DNA of 62,847 bases, the filler included, from Stramenopiles sp. TOSAG23-2 (Eukaryota), in assembly GCA_900128395.1 (NCBI GenBank). It is 14 parts of 14 records of this genome, joined end to end, with 100 filler letters (N's around TTAATTAATTAA, not from the genome) between each part and the next. Parts side by side here need not be neighbours in the genome. Positions count along the whole stretch, not along the records: positions 30,227 to 35,158 come from LT650780.1; positions 35,259 to 40,184 come from LT650781.1; positions 40,285 to 45,197 come from LT650782.1; positions 45,298 to 50,210 come from LT650783.1; 10 more parts are not named here. One strand, written 5' to 3'. The translations under genes and the position numbers were made by a program. The notes beneath the pieces were generated by a model. It had not been told where the DNA came from. It did not search any database and saw nothing but the letters and a program-made list of their open reading frames with translations. Shown here piece by piece: positions 35,155-45,953 of this stretch; within the stretch, counting starts at the first letter, position 1; each line of letters starts with the position of its first letter.

Positions 35155-35158
35155 AACA
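33846..35158 (-). CDS. Ser/Lys-rich hypothetical protein, copy 2 (5'-partial), same frame break
   Basis: Near-identical to copy 1 at offset 1763. The upstream frame is open to the contig edge. Confidence 0.6.
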
Positions 35159-35258
35159 NNNNNNNNNNNNNNNNNNNNNNNNNNNNNNNNNNNNNNNNNN
35201 NNTTAATTAATTAANNNNNNNNNNNNNNNNNNNNNNNNNNNNNNNNNNNNNNNNNNNN

Positions 35259-37608
35259 TAGATTCATATAATCTATTCGATGCTGTAAAATATTTGGGTA
35301 CGTTCACGCCTTCTGCCAACATTAATTTCGGGAAAGGTCCAATAATTGCAATAATACGAGAAAGCAAACTGGCAACGGAATGATTATGAAACAATACATT
35401 TCCTGTCCATAATTCTGCTAAAATACATCCCAAACTCCACACATCGATTTTTTGCCCGTATGTACAACCTAGCAACACTTCTGGCGCTCTATAACTACGA
35501 GATTGTATATATGATGTTAAATGATCTGTTATGTAACAACTTGAGCCAAAATCAATAACTTTAATTTGACAATTACTATAACTTTGAATTAATACATTTT
35601 CTGGTTTCAAATCACAATGTATCAAACCTAACGAGTGCATGTAATCTAGTGCTTCGAGGCATTGCTGTGCCACACTACGAATTCGTCTTAGATTAAAATA
35701 AATAGTATCCCCAGATTCACGATTATACCTTGAAAATTCATATAAATTATCCCGTAACAATTCTGTAGAGATGAACAAATGTTCTTTGAAGTAAAAATAA
35801 TCATACAAGCGCAATATATGATGTTTATCAACATCCCCGGCAGCATTTAAATAACGCAGTAATTTTATTTCGTCTAAACTTTGATCTAAGAAATCTTTGT
35901 TGTTTTTTATAACTTTTAAACAGACACGTTTGAATTTTTTTTTACTATTATTATTATTATTACTACTACTGCTATCATGGAGCTTATTGTTTGCATTCTT
36001 TTTGTTTGGATATTTATCAATAGCTTTCCAAGCGGTACTAAATGATGCCTCCCCAACCATGCTTTCAATAATATATCTTCCAGCAACGCAGTATCCTTCA
36101 TGAAGTTTTAAATCTTTGTCAGCTTCAAAGCCAGTTTTATGTCTTTCATGTACGATTTTTAAATTGAAAGCTTCATATTCAATGCCATCATCCTCGTCCT
36201 CTTCATCATCAGAAATATTATTAATTTGATTTGCATTATCTGCACTAGTATCTAAAAATCCTCCATCAACATATAAATTTTTGTTACTAATGCGGCTACC
36301 ATTAGTATTATTAAAAATATCTTCATTATTATTAGCATCTTGTGTAGATGAACCGGTGTTGATTGATAATTTCGATGGGGAACCTAAATTATTATTGTCA
36401 TCATCCTCTCCAGGTATATTGTTATTATTATTATCATTATGGTCAACCATGCCGTCCACTTTATTCTTCTTGTCATGCCCATCTCCTTCGAAATCGTCAG
36501 CATCATCATCAAAATCTCTTCCATCGTCTTGCTCCATTTCATGTGAAAAATAGGTCTCTTCAAGCTCATTTTCACGACCACGAATCCATACTACGGATGG
36601 GCGAATATTAATGTTTCTACTACTTGCGTTGTTTTTATTTTGATTTTCATTTAATGCTTCGATATTTGAAGTTTCCATACATAAAAATTCTTGCAGTGAC
36701 AATTTCTGGGCTATATACCCTTCATCATCATCGTCATCCCATTCATCTTCTGTATCATCATCATCATCATCAGTATTGTTATTATTATTATGATTATTTT
36801 CAATTTGTTTTGCATCATCTTCTTCTTCTTCCACTTCTCTTTTCAATCCAACCAACATAGCCGCTCGTGAACCAGTAACAGGAACATTTGCATTTTCATG
36901 ATTCAACTGACTATCAAATGATTCACCCCAAAAACTATATTTCTCTTCTTCTGAGGTTCTTTTACTAATAATAGCAATATCATCAACCAATACAATTCCA
37001 GGTTCGCTATTTAAAGTTGTTGATATATTTACATCCGGTTGTTCCTTCTCAAAAATATTTTCTTCTTCTTCTTCCTCCTCCTCCTCTACTGGTGTACTTT
37101 GCCATGCATTGCTTGACGCAGTTAATACCACCTCATCGTCATCATCATCGTCATCATCGTCATCCTCGTTTATTGGCAAAGAAGTAGATGATATATGGCG
37201 TAAATTAGGATATCGTCTATTATTATTATTATTATTGTTAGTTTCTTTTTTTCTCCTTGAGTTATTATTCGTATTATTAGTATCGTGAAATGGTGTTACA
37301 ATTGCATTGTACGTTTTAGGATCCAGAACAGATTCTAATTCTTGCAATAGTACAGCATCTTTCTCATCATTCCATACTTTTGATGCAACACTTTTCAACA
37401 CTCGGTCAAACGCCACTTCAGATGTTGGCGATAATGCACCACTTAAAAATTGTTGTGTTGATGCTGTGGCTGATGATGGCAATAACATTTCTTCAATATT
37501 ATCATTTTCATATTTATTAGGACTTCTAATTGGACTAGATGGTGGTACTGATGGCATAGAGATTGTTTGTTGCGGTGGCGGCGGTGGTGATGAGTTAAAA
37601 TGACTCAT
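35259..37608 (-). CDS. DYRK-family kinase of the DYRKP/ppk15-like type (3'-partial)
   Basis: HKTGFE pre-kinase motif, KDFLDQSLDEIKLL, HCDLKPEN, DFGSSC and YIQSRSYRAPE. Long acidic low-complexity N-terminus. Cut by the linker. Confidence 0.92.
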
Positions 37609-37979
37609 TCTTACGATTTGTATGAAGTAACTCTCTATATATATATATATATATATAAATGAATAAACAATAATATGTGTCTTTAAATATTTACAATTCG
37701 TTCAATGTAACTAGATATATACACCTATATATTTACTAGAGACATTTATATATATATATTACAAAAAATATTAATTTGTATTATTATTAATAAATTAATA
37801 AATAAAATTATTATTATTATTATTATTATTATTTTTCGTACTAATATTATTCTAAAAATACAAAAATTGCCTATATATCTAACCTCGCCGCATTTTTTTT
37901 AGAAGAAAAGAAGAAAAGAAGGAAGAAGAGGAGTATAATATTATTGAAATTATATAATACTACGTAATTATATTCTTTT

Positions 37980-40184
37980 TTAATAAAAACTTTTCCCACG
38001 ACGATAGGAAAATCGTTGTTGTGAATTACGATCGTGTGTTGGATCTAATCCAGATGCTAACATTACAACACGTTGAACAAGGCGTTTATATCTGTCGTTA
38101 CTAACATTTTGTTTCGATAATACTGGTGTAGTTGATTCTGGGTGGGGCGATATTAATACGACACAACCCGTCCTGCGTCTATCATGAGGCACACGTGGTT
38201 TTGCATATGCAATTGCACAATGATTTATGATAGCCGTACTACGTTGTGGTTGTTGTTGTTTAACAATAACTTCCGTAACCTTTTTCTCGTTCTCATTATT
38301 AGTAATATTGCTACTAGTAGCACCATTATTCGTATCTATTGATTTACCTTTATTATCATTCTCGTCATTTCCACCCACACTAGCTGCTTGTTGTTGCTCA
38401 ATATTATCCTCATCATGAAATTTATTAAATATGCCACTATCGAATGTTGCTAAACATGTTAAAGATCTACAAAATGAACCGATTAATGGGGGATCATGAG
38501 CTCGCATGATAGGACCATTATTATATCTCATTCGTATCACATTCTGTTGTATTTCTTCTTTCTCATTTTCCCAAGTTTCTCCTTCATCCCATAATAATTT
38601 TCTACCAGCATCTGTAAACTTGACATTAACATATCCATGACCCCATTCCCAAGATCTAGATATTTTCTTTTTCTTACTACTAGCAATTGCTTTTGTATTA
38701 TTTCTGTCATTAATTTTTAAAGATGTGTCTTGATAAGGTGATATTGAAACTGAACCTATTAAACTAGTATTTGTAGTAGAAGTACTACTAGTACTATTAT
38801 TATTAATAGTGGATGATGCTTGACGTGATTCTTCCATTTTTTTTCTTCGTACATTTGGTCTACATTCAATAATTTTAGATTTACCCATTGTTTGTGCAAT
38901 TTTATTAATGCCATTAATTTTTGACTGACTACTGTTGTTTCGTTTTACATTTGTATCATTCCCATCTTTATTTTTTGATATTTTTTTTGATGATAATAAT
39001 GATTTTCTTAATGATTGTTGTCGCTTTGGAGAATTAGCATTTGTAGCAGTAGGCTTTAAAATAGCACCAGCGCTAACAATCTTCAATGATCTTTCTGGGC
39101 AATAATTTGACAATGCTAAAAAAGCACCAGCACAGCATCCAACAAAACCACCACCACTAGCAATAAACATTCGGACAGCATCACGTCCACTTTTATTTAA
39201 AATCTGTGCTTGGCGTGCGCTACTACCTCCAGGAAATATAACAACGTCAAAACTTGCAAGACCACCTGTTCTAATAGATTGTGCATTAATAAAATCCACA
39301 TCAAAAATTGCTAATGGTGAATAATCATTGCAAGTAATATCTTTTTCCTCTTTTTTTATCTCTATTTCATTGTTATTGTTGTTACCATCTTTGATCTTCT
39401 TTTCTTCGTTTGTTACTTTACTTTTATTTTTAACATAACTAGGTATTAAATGATTTGGTATTAATAAGGTCTTTGACATCCTATTATTACTCGTATTATC
39501 ATATGATGTAGGATATAAACAATTTTTGATATTTAAACTACCTGGATGATCTTTCAATTCTGCACTTTTGAAAGCGCAAAATATTGCTACACGTATCAAT
39601 GGTAATGATTTTGGCTTTTTTGGCTTAATCATTTCTTTATTAGTATGATACTGTCTTGTTGTTATTTTTGCAGAAGATGTTGGTGATAACTTTGTATTTG
39701 ATGATAATGGTTTATTACTACCATTATTATTATTATTACTTGTCTTACTTTCACTTGTTGTTGTTTTTTTCATTGAGTTATTATTGTATTTATTTCTAGT
39801 ACCTCGTTTTCTTTCCATTGGACTAGGCATTGCTGTAATTTTAGGAGTTATTTTTGAAGCGGGTGATGTAACTTTTAAACAACTTAACATATTGTCACTT
39901 TTATTATTATTTGTTGAATTGTTTTTAATACTACTTTTCTTGTTTTTCGATATAGAAGAAATTAATTTATTTGTTGCTGGTTTTTTCGTATTATTAGATG
40001 ATGATAGTTTCTTCTTTTTCTTTTTAATAATAGTTTTTTTTTTATTATTATTATTACTTTGTGTCGTATTCGATGTTGAATTGTTTTGTTGTAAATTGGA
40101 ATTATTAGATGTTATTGCTTTTCCTAATGATGAGATCGTAGAAGAAGTTGCTCTTTTAGTTGTTAATGATACCTTCTTCTCGGT
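37980..40184 (-). CDS. Class I glutamine-amidotransferase-like (BPL_N-type) domain protein with long low-complexity insertions (5'-partial)
   Basis: Motifs VVIFPGG, FIASGGGFVGCCAGAF, YNNGP and VVLISPHPE. The frame stays open upstream of ATG 39890 to the contig edge. Confidence 0.8.
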   Translation of the reverse strand, partial: TEKKVSLTTKRATSSTISSLGKAITSNNSNLQQNNSTSNTTQSNNNNKKKTIIKKKKKKLSSSNNTKKPATNKLISSISKNKKSSIKNNSTNNNKSDNMLSCLKVTSPASKITPKITAMPSPMERKRGTRNKYNNNSMKKTTTSESKTSNNNNNGSNKPLSSNTKLSPTSSAKITTRQYHTNKEMIKPKKPKSLPLIRVAIFCAFKSAELKDHPGSLNIKNCLYPTSYDNTSNNRMSKTLLIPNHLIPSYVKNKSKVTNEEKKIKDGNNNNNEIEIKKEEKDITCNDYSPLAIFDVDFINAQSIRTGGLASFDVVIFPGGSSARQAQILNKSGRDAVRMFIASGGGFVGCCAGAFLALSNYCPERSLKIVSAGAILKPTATNANSPKRQQSLRKSLLSSKKISKNKDGNDTNVKRNNSSQSKINGINKIAQTMGKSKIIECRPNVRRKKMEESRQASSTINNNSTSSTSTTNTSLIGSVSISPYQDTSLKINDRNNTKAIASSKKKKISRSWEWGHGYVNVKFTDAGRKLLWDEGETWENEKEEIQQNVIRMRYNNGPIMRAHDPPLIGSFCRSLTCLATFDSGIFNKFHDEDNIEQQQAASVGGNDENDNKGKSIDTNNGATSSNITNNENEKKVTEVIVKQQQPQRSTAIINHCAIAYAKPRVPHDRRRTGCVVLISPHPESTTPVLSKQNVSNDRYKRLVQRVVMLASGLDPTHDRNSQQRFSYRRGKSFY

Positions 40185-40284
40185 NNNNNNNNNNNNNNNN
40201 NNNNNNNNNNNNNNNNNNNNNNNNNNNNTTAATTAATTAANNNNNNNNNNNNNNNNNNNNNNNNNNNNNNNNNNNNNNNNNNNN

Positions 40285-40933
40285 CCCTGTTTTGAAAAAC
40301 AATACATCAGCAGAAGAATTTTATATTGATTGGGAGAATATGACTGATATGGAAGTACATCTATTTGTAAATGAAACAAAACATGATGCAGTTATTCAAA
40401 GTTATATAAATAATATACCCGTACAATATACTAAAGGAACTCCATTTATCATTGCCTGTGAGAAAGGCTTGTTAGAAATTGTTAGATATTTTATCGAACA
40501 TTTTAAAGAAGATGCATCGTCTTTTAAAAATGTGACTGAATTTATCAATCAACGAGGTGAAGCAGTTGGTGGATATTTTGGTTATACTGGATTAATCATA
40601 GCAGCAAAAATGGAACAATTTCATGTTGTTAAATATTTATTGCAAATGGATGGAATTGACCTTTCAATTGTACGCGAGGGTGATACTAGTAATAATGATG
40701 GTCGTGTCCGTGGTAGAAATGCTATTCACTACGCTGCATATTATAATACGAAAAACGCAGAAACACTCAAGATATTATTAAATCATAAAAAATGTACAAG
40801 TGATATTGTCAATGGAAGAAATGTAGATGGAAGTACTCCATTAGATTTTGCGCATGTTAATTCAAGTGAAGCAAAAAATCAGATTATTAAATTGTTGTCT
40901 AGTAATGGTGGTAAACGACAAAAGGAATTATAA
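40285..40933 (+). CDS. Ankyrin-repeat protein (probably 5'-partial)
   Basis: Ankyrin motifs TPFIIACEKG, TGLIIAA, NAIHYAA and GSTPLDFA. Confidence 0.88.
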
Positions 40934-41079
40934 ACATGTTGAATCTGCTGTGATTTGAATGAATTCGATGTGCAAATGCAGATTATTAAATTGTTGTCTA
41001 GTAATGGTGGTAAACGACAAAAGGAATTATAAACATGTTGAATCTGCTGTGATTTGAATGAATTCGATGTGCAAATGCA
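40880..41079. repeat. Exact 99-bp tandem duplication across the ankyrin gene stop
   Basis: Units start at 40880 and 40979. Confidence 0.9.
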
Positions 41080-41366
41080 TATGTATGATGTATATTAATA
41101 TGTGTAATCAATATTCGTACACGATCTAGGGAAGATATTAGTACGAAGTATAGTTCGTACGTACAAAGTACTTCTTTTCTTGTGTGTGCGGTGTATATCT
41201 GTAAAAAAGAATTTTACGAGAGTACTCTCTACTCGTACGAATACTTCCGTATTTTTTTAACATGTGTTTTTATTTATATTAATGTCGTATCTATAATATA
41301 TATGATATATATGAGTACGTTCGTATTAAATTATATATTATAATATGTGTGTACACAAAACATTTT

Positions 41367-42683
41367 TTATTGCAATTCTATGCTCTTTAAATTTACTGGT
41401 GAGACATTTTTCTGTCCGTCCTCTCCTTCTTCTCCCTCTTCTTCCTCATTGTTTTCATCATCCCATCTCCAACTTTTACAACAATATTTTCCAAAACATT
41501 GATGAACTCTTCTAACTGCAGGATCTTTTTTTGAAACCATAGGGAATAATACTGTCCATAACAACATTGATGCGTTGAATATACCAAAGAAAGAACCCAT
41601 TCCACCTTGTAATGTGATAATATTTTTTTCTGTATTCAACGTAATTGTTTCACGTTGAAAAGCAGCAAGAAAACTTACTTTCCAATCAACAGATAGCGGA
41701 CTTGCAATGTTACCAAACCTACATTTTAAATCTTTGTGGATTACGGTAGTTGACTTCGTTGCTATAGTTGTCAATGCTACACGTACTGTATTCTTTTTAA
41801 CAACACCAAATTCTGGTAAGATACCTTGTTCGTTTGTTGTTTTAGTAAAATCCAGTGCAATAAACTGTTCTGCCTGATTATCTATAACATCAGTAGTCGT
41901 TTCGTTGACAGCACATTGTTGTTCTACAGAAAATCTAGCAGTTCCATCAACTTGAAAATCTTTTGCAGGATCCATGACATCCAATGCTGTTTGGCCACTT
42001 TTCAGTTCGCTTACAAATATACCAGCATATACTGCATCCCATGCTTTTATATTTAACTTATATTGAGCAACATTTTCTTTCATACTTTTGATATGTTTTG
42101 GCAATTCATAAATACTTTTAGGTATTTCAGATCCACAACATTCAACACGATTTGCATTGTTGTAATCATTAAATTTGTTAGCGCTTGTAAAATTTTTACA
42201 CTGTACACGCTGTTGTAAGTCATTTAGCGTGGCTTTTAATGTGATCCTTCCCAATGTACCAACTGCAGCAAGAGCTTCTACAGAAGCAGCGCATACCATA
42301 AATCCTACCGTAGGCAGATCTTCGACATTTTGTAAAGGAACTTGGGTTGTAACAACTTTTTTATTTGTATCTCGGTTAAAAATATGTTGCATCATTATTA
42401 TAAATTGATATAAGTTAAAAGCTATCCATAATGAGAAACAAACACCAAATGCAAGTTGTTGACGAGGTGTTAGTGCACCAAAAAAATTCAAGACAGACTT
42501 ATGTTTTGATATTTTAGTGACTTGGTTTTGCAATTTAATTTTAGCTGCTGCATTCATATTTTTCATTTTAAGAAAAGCTTTGTTATTTCCGACAGAGTTA
42601 CTATTATTATTATTATTATTATTTCCATCATCATTTTCTGATGATAAATTTTTCCATGAATTTCTTCCTTTTTTATTCGACAT
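41367..42683 (-). CDS. Two-TM protein with a large Cys-containing extracellular loop; DEG/ENaC- or PAC-like channel candidate
   Basis: TM1 LAFGVCFSLWIAFNLYQFIIMM, post-TM1 LPTVGFMVC, an ectodomain of about 250 aa, and TM2 GGMGSFFGIFNASMLLWTVLF. The family call is by motif and topology resemblance only. Confidence 0.6.
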   Translation of the reverse strand: MSNKKGRNSWKNLSSENDDGNNNNNNNSNSVGNNKAFLKMKNMNAAAKIKLQNQVTKISKHKSVLNFFGALTPRQQLAFGVCFSLWIAFNLYQFIIMMQHIFNRDTNKKVVTTQVPLQNVEDLPTVGFMVCAASVEALAAVGTLGRITLKATLNDLQQRVQCKNFTSANKFNDYNNANRVECCGSEIPKSIYELPKHIKSMKENVAQYKLNIKAWDAVYAGIFVSELKSGQTALDVMDPAKDFQVDGTARFSVEQQCAVNETTTDVIDNQAEQFIALDFTKTTNEQGILPEFGVVKKNTVRVALTTIATKSTTVIHKDLKCRFGNIASPLSVDWKVSFLAAFQRETITLNTEKNIITLQGGMGSFFGIFNASMLLWTVLFPMVSKKDPAVRRVHQCFGKYCCKSWRWDDENNEEEEGEEGEDGQKNVSPVNLKSIELQ

Positions 42684-43107
42684 GGTAGGTTCTGTTGTAT
42701 CTATCTATATATATATATATGTATAATATTGATTTGGCGTAATAGTAGTAATAATATATTATCTTGTTGACTTGTATCTATCATATATAGTCTTTTGCTG
42801 TATATTTATATTCTCTTAGAGAAGATAAAGAGTATCTTTTTTATAATACATCAAGTCTGTTATTATATTTGTGTTGTATTATTTGTTTGGGCATCAAGTT
42901 GGCTTTGTTTGAAGTATGGGGAAATTGTGATAGCATGGGAATAGTACTGGAAATAATGTTTTAGATACATTAATTATTGCGCAAAAAAATTATAATATTA
43001 ATTATACACCACATTTTATATAATATATATGTATTTATATCCATGTAGATCGACAGATGGAAGCAGAGTTATGAACAACAAACAAAACAAACATAAATAT
43101 ATCTCTT

Positions 43108-43313
43108 CCAAGATATCTCCCTATATTAATAAAAGTGAATATGTATGATCAATACGATGAGGGAATGAATATGTATGATGATGGTGGCAATCATTACCAT
43201 AAATGTAGCCCCAAGATATCTCCCTATATTAATAAAAGTGAATATGTATGATCAATACGATGAGGGAATGAATATGTATGATGATGGTGGCAATCATTAC
43301 CATAAATGTAGCC
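43108..43313. repeat. Exact 103-bp tandem duplication at the FKBP 5' end
   Basis: Units start at 43108 and 43211. This creates the artificial N-terminus of ORF 43175. Confidence 0.9.
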
Positions 43314-43957
43314 GTAAAAATAGAAAAAGAAAACGAAAATTACAACAAGAAGAATCATTTATAGTAGATATTGAACAAAGATATATTCAAGCAAAACATA
43401 AAAAAAATAAAAGGTTAAATACTTCATCATCTTCTACTACAGTTTCCACAAACAATGTTGAAGTTGGAACTTCTTCAGGCAAATGGAACGATGATAAGAA
43501 TAATGTAGATAAGAATGTAAATAATGACATCAAAAAAAAGAAAAAGAAAAAAAGGATAAATAATACTAATAAATCAGAAGATAATTATAATAATAATAAT
43601 AAAAAAAAGAAGAAAAATAATGGTATTACATTTCAGCCATTAAAAAAAGGTATTCAATATTTTGATTTTAAAATTGGGAATGGTGAAGCAATTAAACGAG
43701 GAAAAAAGATTGAAGTGAAATATATAGGACGTCTTACAAATCATAATGGTAAAGTTTTTGATCAAGGCAATATCAAATTTCGTGTTGGTTCAGGTGAAGT
43801 GATCAAGGGTTGGGATATTGGAATTATTGGAATGAAATTGAATGGCAAACGACGTTTATTGATTCCACCAAAATGTGGATATGGGAGACATAAACAATCA
43901 GGTATTCCAGGAAATAGTACTTTGTGTTTTGATGTTTCTATTTTAAAAATAATGTAA
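43244..43957 (+). CDS. FKBP-type peptidyl-prolyl cis-trans isomerase with basic N-terminal region (nuclear FKBP-like)
   Basis: VKYIGRL...GKVFD...FRVGSGEVIKGWDIGIIGMKLNGKRRLLIPPKCGYG...IPGNSTLCFDV, with Lys-rich NLS-like tracts. The start is uncertain because of the duplication. Confidence 0.9.
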   Translation: MYDQYDEGMNMYDDGGNHYHKCSRKNRKRKRKLQQEESFIVDIEQRYIQAKHKKNKRLNTSSSSTTVSTNNVEVGTSSGKWNDDKNNVDKNVNNDIKKKKKKKRINNTNKSEDNYNNNNKKKKKNNGITFQPLKKGIQYFDFKIGNGEAIKRGKKIEVKYIGRLTNHNGKVFDQGNIKFRVGSGEVIKGWDIGIIGMKLNGKRRLLIPPKCGYGRHKQSGIPGNSTLCFDVSILKIM

Positions 43958-44115
43958 AAAAATGTATGAAAAAAGAATTAACTATATGTATGAGTTGTAT
44001 GTGCGTCGTATAGGAAATAGTACTTTGTGTTTTGATGTTTCTATTTTAAAAATAATGTAAAAAAATGTATGAAAAAAGAATTAACTATATGTATGAGTTG
44101 TATGTGCGTCGTATA
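43909..44115. repeat. Exact 103-bp tandem duplication across the FKBP stop
   Basis: Units start at 43909 and 44012. Confidence 0.9.
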
Positions 44116-44353
44116 TTCTTTATATATATGATGTATTTCGTGTAAGAATCGTTTGATACCGTACGATGTAGGGACACACCTGTGTAGATTAAATACAAAA
44201 CACGTTCTACGTATAACATTATTATAATGCAGAACCAACAGAAGTAATACATAATAAATTTAATGATAAATATTAATTTAAAATTAATAAATATATTTTT
44301 TTATTTTTTTCATTTTTTTTACACGCACAAACCAGCAAATCTCTTTATTTTTA

Positions 44354-44579
44354 TCTCTCTCTCACAAATTAGTATCGCTACCGTATTTTTTCGCTGTTGA
44401 TTTTACATTTTTTGGCATTTTAACAGCTGCTTCTTTTCTACTTTTACCTGTTCGTGAATCTGTTTGTCTCTCTCTCACAAATTAGTATCGCTACCGTATT
44501 TTTTCGCTGTTGATTTTACATTTTTTGGCATTTTAACAGCTGCTTCTTTTCTACTTTTACCTGTTCGTGAATCTGTTTG
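44354..44579. repeat. Exact 113-bp tandem duplication across the M6PR-like gene stop
   Basis: Units start at 44354 and 44467. Confidence 0.9.
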
Positions 44580-45197
44580 AGGAACTGATTCATAACCATA
44601 TGAATTACCCGTTTTGATTTTATTATATACACTCATCAAAATCTCTTTAGTAAATGTAATTCCTTCCATTACTAATTCAAAAAACAAAAATATTGCATCA
44701 CGATGTGGTACAATATTTGCACCAGTAGCACCTTTTTGTATATTCTCGCTAGCTTCCACGAAACAATATATACACATAGAAAAGAAAAATAAGAACAAGA
44801 AAAAACCTGTGACGGAAAACCGTTTAAAAGAACGGCATGCAAGTGCAGTTTTAAATTGCAATGTGTATTGACAACTGTTTTGTTCTTCAGCATTAATTAA
44901 TAATGCTTTATCTCGTGCAGAATGATCACAAATAAATTTATATGTAACGCTTCTAGATGGTGGTGCAGGTGGTGGACATCCACCACTTCCTCCTGTATAA
45001 TGGATTTGGAATCCTTTTTTTCCATTTTTTTCTCGGAATGTAGACCATGTTGCTGCACTCATTAAATCGCCTAACGAAGCAATACAAATATCACCAAATA
45101 CTTGATTTTTTTGATATGCAAAAGCAACTGGTGTTGATCCAGGTGGAATGTCTGCGTTACATTTACTAGTTACACGACCACATATATTTGCTTTGTA
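44475..45197 (-). CDS. Cation-dependent mannose-6-phosphate receptor/ATG27-like type I membrane protein (5'-partial)
   Basis: Frame is open from the contig edge (YKANICGRV...). MRH-like motifs YTGG..C, FICD and E..SCQYTLQFKTALAC, one TM helix, and a cytosolic VPH motif with YxxV-type sorting signal (YESV). Confidence 0.82.
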   Translation of the reverse strand, partial: YKANICGRVTSKCNADIPPGSTPVAFAYQKNQVFGDICIASLGDLMSAATWSTFREKNGKKGFQIHYTGGSGGCPPPAPPSRSVTYKFICDHSARDKALLINAEEQNSCQYTLQFKTALACRSFKRFSVTGFFLFLFFFSMCIYCFVEASENIQKGATGANIVPHRDAIFLFFELVMEGITFTKEILMSVYNKIKTGNSYGYESVPQTDSRTGKSRKEAAVKMPKNVKSTAKKYGSDTNL

Positions 45198-45371
45198 NNN
45201 NNNNNNNNNNNNNNNNNNNNNNNNNNNNNNNNNNNNNNNNNTTAATTAATTAANNNNNNNNNNNNNNNNNNNNNNNNNNNNNNNNNNNNNNNNNNNNATA
45301 AGAATCACCATATTCAAGAGAAATTTAGCGATTTTTTAAAGAATTATCCTGGATCATTTAGCCATAGGGTT

Positions 45372-45670
45372 AGCAGCAAAAACCTTTCAATTTCTGTGAT
45401 TCTTATTTAGACTACTAGTTATTATACTTCAATATATGATATTTTCCTACCGAATTCCGGATTAACAGGTACACAGGACTGGTTATTGGCAATGAACAAA
45501 TAACCAGTGCTGTGTAGGCGCAGCAGCAAAAACCTTTCAATTTCTGTGATTCTTATTTAGACTACTAGTTATTATACTTCAATATATGATATTTTCCTAC
45601 CGAATTCCGGATTAACACGTACACAGGACTGGTTATTGGCAATGAACAAATAACCAGTGCTGTGTAGGCG
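45372..45670. repeat. 150-bp tandem duplication (one mismatch); each unit ends in an 18-bp-stem hairpin
   Basis: Units start at 45372 and 45522. Hairpin: TACACAGGACTGGTTATT-N11-AATAACCAGTGCTGTGTA. Confidence 0.88.
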
Positions 45671-45953
45671 TATCACTTTTATGGACCCGATCTGCTCTCC
45701 TCATTATTTTTTTTTTTTATAATAATTAATAAATACGAGTCGTATTTATACCCAGGTATACTAAATATGCATCAAATACATTTCTACAGAGATCAAATAA
45801 TACATAGATTTTTTTTGTGTTATTTAAAAATAAAGTCTGTATTGAAGTGTATTATACGACGCACGTACGAACGTATTAATATTGTACAGTATATATATAT
45901 ATATATTTTTTGACAAGATATATTAATCGGAAATATAGTACAGTATATATAGG

